Below are positions 50,720-60,630 of a stretch of 64,000 nucleotides of DNA, piece after piece. The position numbers were made by a program, and so were the translations under genes. The notes under the pieces were generated by a model. That model worked only from the letters and a program-made list of their open reading frames with translations, ran no database searches and had not been told where the DNA came from. Source of the DNA: Candidatus Latescibacterota bacterium (GTDB lineage: Bacteria > Latescibacterota > UBA2968); the NCBI GenBank assembly GCA_965222605.1, contig OZ244960.1:6048001-6112000 (forward strand). Direction: 5' to 3'. Within the stretch, counting starts at the first letter, position 1. Every line of letters begins with the position of its first letter.

Positions 50720-52075
50720 TTTTTATTCTCTGATCAAACGCACCTGAAAAACAACAGGCCCCAACTCGAGTTGATCGTTGTTTTGCAATACCACTGGTTC
50801 GCGCGGGTTGAGCGGGCTTCCATTGATCCGGGTGCCATTCAGGGCGTTCAGATCTTCTGCATATAGAGCCTCGGCGGTATAGACAAGCCTGACGTGCTCG
50901 CGGGATACGGCTTCGTGGTCGATAATATATTCGGCGTTGGCAGGGCTTCTTCCAAGCGTGACACCTGAAGACAGGGCCAATGCCGAGATATTCAACACAA
51001 AGGATTGGCCCGCGTTGTCCCGACCTTCTAATAGACATCTGTAAGGCGCGGGCTGTGGTGTCTGCGCGGCGGCTTGTTGCGCGGCTTCAGCCTTTTGTTC
51101 TGCTTCGCTCAAGCGAGAAGAACTCGTCTGCAATTGCGCCTTTTTCCTGCGCGCAAACATGAACCAGCCGAGAAGCACAAGGAGTATCAGGGCAGCCCCG
51201 GACACAATGGCCCATTTCAAATGTTGCGATGTTTCCTCAAGCGCCTGTATGATACTATCCTGTACTACTTTTCGTCTGGCGATACTATCCTGTATTGCTT
51301 TTTCCAGGGAATCGGTCCTTGCCTGTGCTCTTTTGAGGCGATCTTGTTCGGCTTGGAGACGGTCTTTTTCTGCCTGGAGACGATCTTCTGCCGCCCTTGC
51401 CGTCTTTTTTATAGAATCTTCTCGCGCTCGTGTTAAAGAATCGGTCTTTGCCTGTGCCCGTCTTAAACTGTCTTCTCGCGCTTCTGCGCGTTCAATAGCA
51501 CTCAAGCAGGCTTCTTCTTCTACTGTATGTGCAATTTCCCGGTCTTTGAGCACGGTAATGATATCGCCGCTGCGCAAGGCAAAAATTATTCCTCTGGGTT
51601 CCGCATCTCTCCGAAAGGGCCAGCGTGCGCTTTCCGGGTCCGGGAGGTTGATGGCGATGACATCCCCACATTCATTGAACAGGGGCATGCCGAATGCACT
51701 GGAAGTGATCAGGGCATTGTGCTGTAGCAGATGCACTACGGGATCGTCCGGGTTTTTGCCCGGCACATCCTGGTATGCACCAATGGTACCGCGAGCAATC
51801 TGGACACTATCCTGGGGAATAAACTTCAAAGTTTCCACACTCCGGCCCACATCAGCCCCTTGTTCGGACAAGTTGAGAGGCGGTAAATCCAGACCCTGCG
51901 CTTGCAATAAGGCGAGGTTCATTTCCCGGCTGGTAAAGATCTGCTGCGACGATAGTTCGGCACCGGTTTTCAGGGCCAGTACAGATAGTCTGTTTGCGTC
52001 CGATAGAAGGTGTGCATTTGTCAGCACATATCCCTCTGCATTAACGACAAAGCCGCTTCCTTCAGCTATTATTCT

Positions 52076-53123
52076 ACGTGATGTGTGACTTTAAATAGCG
52101 AAAAAGAGGTTCCTCGGCTATCTTGAATTGTTCACTAAACAAGAAGCCATTCAACGAAAGGAACCTCCGATGTATAATTTAGACCTTTTTGTCATTGCAA
52201 TCTACTGTTTTATTGAAGACGAACTCTATCCGGCTTTCTGTAAGGTGCATGGCAAGCCCCGTCGGGCAGGCTTTGACCCCGGTTTAAGTGATGCCGAATG
52301 CCTCACCATAGAAATCGTGGGTCACTTTTTGGGATATTCAAGCCAGAAAAAACTTTATGAGCAGATGAAAGAACACTTCATAGATTGGTTTCCCACTTTG
52401 AAAGACCGTCCTGCCTTTGTGCGTCAATGTGCCAATTTGTGGGTTGTCAAGATGTGGATGCAACAGCGGATTGTTGCCAGCTTGGAAGGGCATCAGGCAT
52501 CCTGCCAGATCATAGATACGCTACCCTTACCGATCTGTAAACTGGCAAGGCGACATTATCGCAAGATATTTACAAGAGAGCCAGTCTTTGAGTTCCCTCC
52601 CCCCTCAAAAGGCTTTTGTGCCGCCAAAAGTGAAGCATATTTTGGCTTTAAGGGTGGCCTTAGGATCACGGATTATGGTCTTATTGTCCACGCGCCGATC
52701 CTGCAAGCGTATGGACACGACAAGAACTGCCGAGACGCACTCCTGAATGGTACGATGGGAGAGACAACCGTCTTGGCAGATGCGGCATTTATGGACTTGG
52801 ACTGGCAAAAAAGGTGTTTTGATACCTACCGCATACGCATAAAGACACCCTTAAAGTCCAATATGAAAGAAAATCCTGAACGCACCCCTTTCATTTTGCC
52901 CAAAGCGAAGAAAGCCACAAGGCGATTAGTCGAAACCGTTTATGCACAATTGACAGAACGTTTACATATTGCCCGCATGAAAGTGCGAGATGCATGGCAC
53001 TTATTGAACCTGTGGCATACCAAAATCTTAACCCATACCATGTGTGTCTTTCTCAATATTATCAATTACAGAGACCCGCTGGATTTTGACGGTCTCGTAA
53101 AATTTTGAAGTCACACATCGCGT
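52076..53123 (+). mobile_element. IS982 family insertion sequence
   Basis: TIR ACGTGATGTGTGACTT / ACGCGATGTGTGACTT, 8 bp TSD ATTATTCT (52068, 53124). Confidence 0.92.
52170..53108 (+). CDS. IS982 family transposase
   Basis: LSDAECLT, IIDTLPLPIC, YFGFKG, LADAAF, RRLVETV. Confidence 0.9.
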   Translation: MYNLDLFVIAIYCFIEDELYPAFCKVHGKPRRAGFDPGLSDAECLTIEIVGHFLGYSSQKKLYEQMKEHFIDWFPTLKDRPAFVRQCANLWVVKMWMQQRIVASLEGHQASCQIIDTLPLPICKLARRHYRKIFTREPVFEFPPPSKGFCAAKSEAYFGFKGGLRITDYGLIVHAPILQAYGHDKNCRDALLNGTMGETTVLADAAFMDLDWQKRCFDTYRIRIKTPLKSNMKENPERTPFILPKAKKATRRLVETVYAQLTERLHIARMKVRDAWHLLNLWHTKILTHTMCVFLNIINYRDPLDFDGLVKF

Positions 53124-53546
53124 ATTATTCTGTTATTTTTGTACGCACGCACCCGCACAATGCTTTCAGATACGACATCGACATCTATTTCTGCAAACAC
53201 AGGACTGAGGAAAAGGAATACCACGAGATGCACAAACAGAGAAACACGCATGGCAATCTCCTATACCAGGGGGCGAACACAGGGGTTCGTCCCTGCGATG
53301 TCTGCCCCTATAATTGACAACTGACGTTACGCAATACCCAGGTATGGCGCGGCAAACAATTATCCACATACGATGTGGTTTACGTTGTGCATTTGGGTCA
53401 ACGAGGTTTATCTGGCAGAACCTGTACCCGTTTAGCTATTATTTTTTACTATATCGGTTTTAGACATACGTTTGTATTGATTTCGAAAATAATAATAATT
53501 TCTTCTTATAAGCCAATACCTGCTTTTAGCAAAATAATATGACTAA

Positions 53547-53840
53547 CTGATGTTACGCATGTCTCGCGTTTCTGTCATGCTGAGGCGGGCGCAATGAATC
53601 TCCTGCGCCCAACCCCCGATAGGCTGACGAAGCATCTTTTACCTCTGAAGTAATAGATGAACTGCTATCGCAGTTGTACAGGTATAAGAAAGTAAAGTAA
53701 AAAAAGTGCCAAATTCGAGAGTCGAGCGGGTGATCCTCACAGGTATGTCTCAGGGCTTTACACAGGTATGTCACCGTTCCTTCGACTCCGCTGCGCTCAG
53801 AATGACAGGCACATTATATTGTGCTTGTGCGTAACGTCAG
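53547..53840. mobile_element. MITE (294 bp) carrying REP-like sequences
   Basis: IR CTGATGTTACGCA / TGCGTAACGTCAG, 7 bp duplication TGACTAA; extra solo end at 53321-53333. Confidence 0.75.
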
Positions 53841-54068
53841 TGACTAAAAAAATTTACAAGCTAAGTTAATAATGCAAATTCAGGGGGGCAAGCGATTAAA
53901 AAGCAAGTGGCGAGCAAGTGGCTGAGGAATGTTGTATTCTTTTTTCTGCATTGTGCTGTTGCTAATCTCGAGGTCTAACACTATCTTGTGGGGCGATTTG
54001 TTTGCCTCGTTAAACTGCTGGACTAACGTTGTGCCATTTGCCTGGCGTTCTGGTCGGAAGGATGTGCT

Positions 54069-55880
54069 ATGGATGTGTTAGTGGATGAAGTCAAATTGCC
54101 GTCGCACTTAGATCGTCTGACAGATACGGCTCTGGATCTCAGGCGCGTACAGGGTATGGTGCGCGTTGGTCCAGAGGAGTTATTTGTGATACTGAGTGGC
54201 TCCTTGTTCAAGTTGACGACAGAGAGTGCCGTCCTCGAACCCGTGGATGCATTTGATTCTGTGACGCGCTTATGGCCGGCCGATGAAAATTGCGCGTTGG
54301 TCGAATCGGAAGGCGCGCTATGGCGGGTTGATCTGGATGGTACAAAGGGGCGTTTGCTCACTATTCCCAGGGGGACAATTTCCTGTGATGTCAAGTGGAG
54401 TGTGCGGGGATTGATCGTAGGTGCTCTTGTGGATCGCCGTGCGCCTGTGGATCCCAAAGTACCTTATTTTTATCCGACACAGAGAGAAAAGGTCACGCTG
54501 TGTCGATATGCTTCAATCGAGGGTTGGCACGATCTTGCCGATGTGCCAGAAGGATGCGGTAGTTTGAGTATGTGTCGGTATGGCCGTCGAATCGCGTGGA
54601 GAGAATCCCTTAATGTGGTTCCCGAAGAAGCGCAGCGGGGGGAGTTTTACGGTTTTGATTTGAATACAAATGAGGTACGGAAGCTGACCGAGGGCGCGGG
54701 CAAAGTCGGGCGCGTGGTGGTGGCCTCGGATGGCTCTGCGTTGCTTTACGAAGCCAATCACGAGGCAGAGTATCCCATTACAACGCATACAGATTTGTGG
54801 TGGTTGTCATGGGATGGCAGCGAACGGGTGAATCTCACAGAGGGTGGGCGCTGTATTGCGCGCTTTGGTTGGGGACCCCGCGAAAAAACCGCCTGGGTAT
54901 CGTTTGTGGAGGGGGTGGAAACGCAGACGGAAGTGCTGGCTTTGGACGGCACGCCAGAAGGGACATTTGGCGACCTGGACGCGGTATCAGATATTGTGTG
55001 GATGCCCGACGGTCTGGCTATTTTTGAGACCGAAAACGCGGAGCGATTCCCCGCAATTTGGACGGGAACGCGCCGTGTGCCCTTGCCTCAGCCAGCGAAT
55101 TACGAAGATTTGCGCGTTTTAGAAATGGAATGGGAAGCTCCCGATGGCATGGAGATCGAAGGGGTGCTCTACGAAGCAGATCGCCTGATAGGCTCTGCAC
55201 CGTTGCTGGTTTCGGCACACGGCGGGCCTGCCGCGCCAGTGGAAAATGTGCGGAGTGAGGCGGTCCGATATCGCCATTTGCTGCGGGCGGGCTACCGGGT
55301 TTTTCGTCCGGCATTTCGGGGATCTCTGGGGTTTGGAGACAATTTCGCACGGAGCAATATCGGATGCCAGGGGCGGGCTGATCTCGAGGATATTATTTCG
55401 GGTGTTGATTTTTTGATTGAAGAGGGGCTTGCATTAAAAAACCGGGTGGGTATTTTCGGTGGGTCTTATGGGGGATATATGACGTTGCGGGCACTAACTG
55501 TGACGGACCGATTCCATGCCGGTGTCGCGCTTTTCGGTTTTATCGACAACCGGCGGATGACCTTAGAGACGGGTGATTTTACGTATGAGACAGAGTATTT
55601 GGAACCGCTATCGTGGCCGATTACAGAGCGTACGCGCGGGGGCGATGTGTTTCCCAATTTGGGTGCGATTCGCACACCGCTTCTGTTGTTGCACGGCGAC
55701 CAGGATCCGATTTGTCCGCTGTCGGAATCCAAAGTCACCTGTCGCGCGCTAGAAGCACTGGGGGTGCCGGTGGGCCTTGTGGTGTATCCGGGCGAGGGCC
55801 ACGGATTTCGGAAAGAAAAAAATCGCCGAGATAGTGCGCGGCGGACACTGGCCTGGTTTTTGAATTATCTGCCGCCGTGA
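54069..55880 (+). CDS. S9 (prolyl oligopeptidase) family peptidase
   Basis: HGGP, RGSLGFG, GGSYGG, HGDQD, GEGH. Confidence 0.9.
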   Translation: MDVLVDEVKLPSHLDRLTDTALDLRRVQGMVRVGPEELFVILSGSLFKLTTESAVLEPVDAFDSVTRLWPADENCALVESEGALWRVDLDGTKGRLLTIPRGTISCDVKWSVRGLIVGALVDRRAPVDPKVPYFYPTQREKVTLCRYASIEGWHDLADVPEGCGSLSMCRYGRRIAWRESLNVVPEEAQRGEFYGFDLNTNEVRKLTEGAGKVGRVVVASDGSALLYEANHEAEYPITTHTDLWWLSWDGSERVNLTEGGRCIARFGWGPREKTAWVSFVEGVETQTEVLALDGTPEGTFGDLDAVSDIVWMPDGLAIFETENAERFPAIWTGTRRVPLPQPANYEDLRVLEMEWEAPDGMEIEGVLYEADRLIGSAPLLVSAHGGPAAPVENVRSEAVRYRHLLRAGYRVFRPAFRGSLGFGDNFARSNIGCQGRADLEDIISGVDFLIEEGLALKNRVGIFGGSYGGYMTLRALTVTDRFHAGVALFGFIDNRRMTLETGDFTYETEYLEPLSWPITERTRGGDVFPNLGAIRTPLLLLHGDQDPICPLSESKVTCRALEALGVPVGLVVYPGEGHGFRKEKNRRDSARRTLAWFLNYLPP

Positions 55881-57073
55881 GGATAGTGGTCGTAGTTCGC
55901 CATGTCATAAGGCTGCGTTGAGATTGCCCAACTGCCGCCGAGTTCCGAGAAGAGTTTGCCCGTGCGAAAGCTGCGATCTAACAGGTCATCCAGACCGTTG
56001 ATGATGTGGAAGGTTGCGCCATCGCGTTCGACGACTTCAATTTCACGGCGATCAACTGCGGCGATATTGGGACAGCTTTCGTGTGCGCCATTGACACACA
56101 GGGTTTGTGCTCGCGCGACTTCTGGCGGGCACAGGGGCGTGGCGTTGTTTTGCAGTACGTCGATGGCGTTGTGAAATGGGCCGTGGTGGTCGCGCAAGTT
56201 GTGCTCTTCAAAGGATTCTGTACTGCCATCGTTATAGCGGATGATTGACCCTGGGCGGCTCCATTCGACCGTTCCACGCTCGCATTGGAGTTGCATGAGG
56301 GGGTTGAAGTTTTCGCGGGTGGAATGGGAGAGGCCGATGAGGACATCAACGCCATTTGCCAAAATGCGGAGTATGGCTGTGTCGAGTGTCTGGATATCGC
56401 GCGCGCGGTAGAGTTCGGCCTGTACGGTTTCGGGCATGGCCGATTCGTGATGGGTTGCGCCGCACAGAAACATCGCATTGTTGAGGTCGTGCGCCATGGC
56501 GTTGTTAATCGGGCTGTCGAGAACACAAGTGCCGTCGTCGAGTGTAAGCCGCCCTGCCCAGGGATTGCGGCTGTAATACAGGTTGTTGCGCGGCCATCCG
56601 CCTTTGATGCGAATGGCATGTAACTTGCCCAGCCGACCGTCCAGCAAGCGAATTTTGATGGTCTGGATGCTGGGAGCGTAGATCGATTGATACCCGATGA
56701 GCGCGATTTTGCCCGTTTTATTTTTTGTATTTATTAGATGATTAGCTTCCTGTACTGTGGCTGATAGTGGTTTTTCACATATGACATTGAATCCAGCTTC
56801 GAGTGCCGCGACGGAATAGGGTACGTGATAGTGAATGCCAATGGGCAAGGTGACGTAGTCTATGCCTCCTGCACTGAGCAGGTCGTCGAATGTATCGTAA
56901 ACGCGAACATTGCGGATTTCAAATTCGGCGAGTTTTTCGGGGTGGTTTTCCGGGTCAATGACAACGGCGGCGTCGAGGCGCGCGCGTCCCTCTCGTTCAA
57001 GTGCCTCGACAGAGCGTACGTGTGTCTGGCCAAATCCACCGATTCCAACAATGCCAAATTTTACGGGGTTCAT
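55865..57073 (-). CDS. Gfo/Idh/MocA oxidoreductase
   Basis: GIVGIGGFG, CEKP, AHDL. Confidence 0.87.
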   Translation of the reverse strand: MNPVKFGIVGIGGFGQTHVRSVEALEREGRARLDAAVVIDPENHPEKLAEFEIRNVRVYDTFDDLLSAGGIDYVTLPIGIHYHVPYSVAALEAGFNVICEKPLSATVQEANHLINTKNKTGKIALIGYQSIYAPSIQTIKIRLLDGRLGKLHAIRIKGGWPRNNLYYSRNPWAGRLTLDDGTCVLDSPINNAMAHDLNNAMFLCGATHHESAMPETVQAELYRARDIQTLDTAILRILANGVDVLIGLSHSTRENFNPLMQLQCERGTVEWSRPGSIIRYNDGSTESFEEHNLRDHHGPFHNAIDVLQNNATPLCPPEVARAQTLCVNGAHESCPNIAAVDRREIEVVERDGATFHIINGLDDLLDRSFRTGKLFSELGGSWAISTQPYDMANYDHYPHGGR

Positions 57074-57164
57074 AAATTGCTCCTTTGTATATTGAGAGAA
57101 TAATAAAGAAAACAAAAGCCATTACACGAGCAACTGAAATTAGCGGCACAAATCGCAGGAGGAC

Positions 57165-58154
57165 ATGATGAAAGACGTTTTATCTGTTGGACTGATTGGC
57201 GCAGGCTCGAATGCGGGGGGACATGCGCGCAGTATTAAAAACAATGACAATATCCGTCTGGCGGCGGTTATGGATATCGACCGCAGTCGGGCAGAGGCTC
57301 TTGCCGATCAGCACAACGCCCGCGCTTATGGGGTGTTGGACGATTTATTGAATGATCCCGAAGTGGATGCCGTGCATGTGTGTTCGATCCACAAAGCACA
57401 TGCCGAGCAGGTAGTTGCCGCAGCGCGTGCTGGGAAACATGTGCTGGTTGAAAAACCAATGGCGCTGTCTGTGGCTGAATGCGATCGCATGATTGCTGCG
57501 TGTGAAGATGCCGGTGTGGTGCTGATGGTGGGACAGGTGATGCGGCATTTTCCCGTAAATTTAAAGGCAAGGGCACTGATTCGAGAGGGTGCGATTGGCG
57601 AGGTTGGGCACATGATCCGCAGGCGATACGGCAATTTTGATCCGCCAGACCGATCATGGTATCTCGATTTGGAATTGGGCGGTGTTTGTGTTTTGTATTG
57701 TTTTGGTCCGCACGAGTACGATATTTTACCCTGGTATATCGATTCCCCGGTCGTAAAGGTATATTCACAGGGCAGCGAAAGCGCGGAGCGATACGCGGGA
57801 CAAAAGGATTCGTATTCGACGATTATGAATCACAAAAATGGCACAGTGAGTGTGCTGACACAAACTGTGGTGACGCATACTGGTGCGCACGATACGTATA
57901 TTATGGGTAGTGAAGGTTCTATTTGGATGACCAATCAAAAATTGATGGTCAATGGCAAAGAAGTGTCCATAGATGAGACAACGCGGGTGGGGATGCCCAA
58001 TCAGATTGGCGAATTTGTAGATTGTTGTCTCAATGGAAAAATGCCCGATGCCAATGGAAGATCTGCGCGGCATACGATGGCTGTGATTGAGGCGGCGAAG
58101 CTCAGTGCTGAGTCCGGTGAATCGGTGATAATAGCTAATGGAGAAGATAAATGA
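57165..58154 (+). CDS. Gfo/Idh/MocA oxidoreductase
   Basis: GLIGAG, GKHVLVEKPMA, HEYD. Confidence 0.9.
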   Translation: MMKDVLSVGLIGAGSNAGGHARSIKNNDNIRLAAVMDIDRSRAEALADQHNARAYGVLDDLLNDPEVDAVHVCSIHKAHAEQVVAAARAGKHVLVEKPMALSVAECDRMIAACEDAGVVLMVGQVMRHFPVNLKARALIREGAIGEVGHMIRRRYGNFDPPDRSWYLDLELGGVCVLYCFGPHEYDILPWYIDSPVVKVYSQGSESAERYAGQKDSYSTIMNHKNGTVSVLTQTVVTHTGAHDTYIMGSEGSIWMTNQKLMVNGKEVSIDETTRVGMPNQIGEFVDCCLNGKMPDANGRSARHTMAVIEAAKLSAESGESVIIANGEDK

Positions 58155-59611
58155 GTCAACCCAATGTGATTATTATCATGAGCGATCAGATGAAGGCAAC
58201 GGCGAGCCATTTATACGGTAGTGCGTTTTGTCAGACGCCGTCGTTAGAGCGGATGGCAAATGAGGGCGTGTTGTTCAAACACGCGGTCACACCGCATCCG
58301 CTGTGTGTGCCGTGTCGCATTTCATTTTGGACGTCACAGTTTCCGCATTCGCACGGTGGGCGGCGAAATCAGACGCTGATGCCGGGGGATGCCACGCATG
58401 CGTTTAAGCTGTGGAAAGCAGCGGGATACCGGTGCGGGTTGATTGGGAAAAATCACTGTTTTGAGCAACAAAGCGATCTCGATTTGTTCGATGTGTGGTG
58501 TGAGATTGCACACGGGGGATTGCCCAGAGATCCCGCGACAAAGGGGATGGATTGGTTTCGGTCTCTTGGGTCGATCGGGGCAGCACATGCGGTGAGGAAG
58601 AATATGCCGGATACCAGCCCGCAGTTTTCCTATGCGGTTAGCGATTTTCCTCTGGAGGATTATTCGACCGGGTTGGTGGCGGGGCAGACTGTGCGATTTT
58701 TAGAGCAATTTGGCAATGAGCCGTTCGCGCTGTGGGTTTCCATTCCCGATCCGCATACGCCTTATGAATGTCCCGAGCGATATGCGATTGCACCCGATGA
58801 TGTGGAGATGCCGCCCTGGCGAGCGGATGAGTATAGCGATGGTACAGCGCCCGAACGCAACCGGGTATTGCATGCGATGATTGGGGTGGAAGAGGATCCG
58901 ATTGAAGACGTAAAGGGTTGCGTGGGGGTGTATCACGGGATGGTGCGTTTTTTAGACGACGGCGTGGGGCAGATTTTAGATGCGCTGGATCGGCTCAATT
59001 TGCGCGAGAATACGATTGTGATTTTCTGCGCGGATCACGGTGATTTTTCGGGTGAACACGCGCAGATCGCCAAGGGGGGCGCGTTTTACGATTGTCTGAC
59101 GCGCGTGCCGCTTATTTTATCGTGGCCAGGGCAGGCTCCGCAGGGCGTGGTGGACGAGAGTTGTGTCAATTTGATCGATATTGTGCCGACGGTTTTGCAA
59201 TTGCAGGGGCACGATGTGCCGCGTTCTATGCACGGGGAGGGGTTGCCCACGGTTACGGATGCTGCACCGAGAGATGCGGCGTTTTCAGAATACGGCGCAG
59301 GAGGACCGGCATTTACAATGGCGGATTTGGAACAGCTTGAGAAACCCTGGGGGCGGCGGGCTATTGGACGGTCTCTGCAATGGCGCGAGGCCGAGGGCCG
59401 CCGCAAGATGGTGCGTACAGTCGAATGGAAGTATGTGCATGATCCTATGGGGGATCGGGATGAGTTGTATGATCTGGTGAATGATCCGTGGGAATTGTAC
59501 AATGTGATAGATAATGCCGATCACCGCGATGTCGTGACAGATTTGCAATTAAAATTGGCGGATTGGAGTATTCGCACAGAGGATGCGAGACCCGTTCCAA
59601 TACCGGCGTGA
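58151..59611 (+). CDS. Sulfatase
   Basis: PNVIIIMSDQ, CVPCR, GKNH, DPHTPY, ADHGD. Confidence 0.9.
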   Translation: MSQPNVIIIMSDQMKATASHLYGSAFCQTPSLERMANEGVLFKHAVTPHPLCVPCRISFWTSQFPHSHGGRRNQTLMPGDATHAFKLWKAAGYRCGLIGKNHCFEQQSDLDLFDVWCEIAHGGLPRDPATKGMDWFRSLGSIGAAHAVRKNMPDTSPQFSYAVSDFPLEDYSTGLVAGQTVRFLEQFGNEPFALWVSIPDPHTPYECPERYAIAPDDVEMPPWRADEYSDGTAPERNRVLHAMIGVEEDPIEDVKGCVGVYHGMVRFLDDGVGQILDALDRLNLRENTIVIFCADHGDFSGEHAQIAKGGAFYDCLTRVPLILSWPGQAPQGVVDESCVNLIDIVPTVLQLQGHDVPRSMHGEGLPTVTDAAPRDAAFSEYGAGGPAFTMADLEQLEKPWGRRAIGRSLQWREAEGRRKMVRTVEWKYVHDPMGDRDELYDLVNDPWELYNVIDNADHRDVVTDLQLKLADWSIRTEDARPVPIPA

Positions 59612-59622
59612 GGGATATAACT

Positions 59623-60588
59623 ATGGGCCAACCACATCCGGAAATACAAAAATTCGTACAGACATTTGAAAATGCGATGCGCGGAGATGGGTTGACGGAT
59701 TTGCACAGCAGAGGGGTGGAGGCTGCAAGGGATTTTAACGATTCGCGCAAAATGCCAGATGATATGCTGCCGCCTATTTACCATGTAGAAGATAGCGCAA
59801 TCCCGGGTGCAGCGGGGGAGATCCCCATTCGCATTTATCGCCCCAATGATGACCGCGGGTTGCCGCTTCTCATGTGGTTTCACGGCGGTGGGTGGGTGCT
59901 GGGCGATCTGGATACGGGGGAGTTCAAGTGCAGAAAGCTCGCGCACGATGTCGGCTGTGTTGTCGTTTCAGTTGACTATCGCCGCGCGCCAGAAACGCCT
60001 TTTCCCGGTGCGATTGACGATTGTTTTGCCGCCACGTTATGGGCGGCGTCTTCAGCGGATGAATTGGGGACTGATCCCACCCGCATTGCCGTGGCTGGCG
60101 ATAGTGCCGGGGGCAATCTGGCCGCCTGTGTCGCCCTTCGCGCCCGCGATGCAGGACTAAATCTCGTTTTTCAATTGCTCGTGTATCCCGTTATCGAGGC
60201 AAATTTTGATCGTGCCTCTTATTCTGAAAATGCCGAAGGGTATTTGCTCACGGCCAGCGCGATGAAGTGGTTTTGGGATTGTTATATTCCCAATAGCGCA
60301 GACCGCACTCATCCCGATGTTGCGCCCATTCGCGCGTCTGATCTGTCTGGCCTTCCGCCCGCGCTGGTTATGACTGCTGAATTTGATCCTCTCCGCGACG
60401 AGGCTGAAGATTACGGCCATGCCTTAAAAGCCGCAGGTGTTGACGCTGTCACACGGCGTTATATGGGCATGACGCATGCGTTTTACATGCTGCCAACTGA
60501 AAATCCCGTTGATGAAATTGCCTCGGCGACGAATGAATCCACTGAGGCATTGCGTTGGGCTTTTACACGGGTATCGACATCGCATTGA
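59623..60588 (+). CDS. Alpha/beta hydrolase (HSL-family esterase)
   Basis: HGGGW, GDSAGG, DPLRDE, HAF. Confidence 0.92.
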   Translation: MGQPHPEIQKFVQTFENAMRGDGLTDLHSRGVEAARDFNDSRKMPDDMLPPIYHVEDSAIPGAAGEIPIRIYRPNDDRGLPLLMWFHGGGWVLGDLDTGEFKCRKLAHDVGCVVVSVDYRRAPETPFPGAIDDCFAATLWAASSADELGTDPTRIAVAGDSAGGNLAACVALRARDAGLNLVFQLLVYPVIEANFDRASYSENAEGYLLTASAMKWFWDCYIPNSADRTHPDVAPIRASDLSGLPPALVMTAEFDPLRDEAEDYGHALKAAGVDAVTRRYMGMTHAFYMLPTENPVDEIASATNESTEALRWAFTRVSTSH

Positions 60589-60630
60589 TGAACACAATAC
60601 AAATTACCGCCAAATACAGGAGGCCCTTAT

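Larger units (their letters stand above)
50723..53251 (-). pseudogene. Trypsin-fold pseudoprotease-coiled coil-TM-FHA protein interrupted by IS982
   Basis: 5' part MRVSLFVHLVVFLFLSPVFA..KNNR (53251-53124) joins IAEGSGFVV..TNAH after IS removal; FHA LGRSP, VSREH, NGTRING. Confidence 0.85.
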
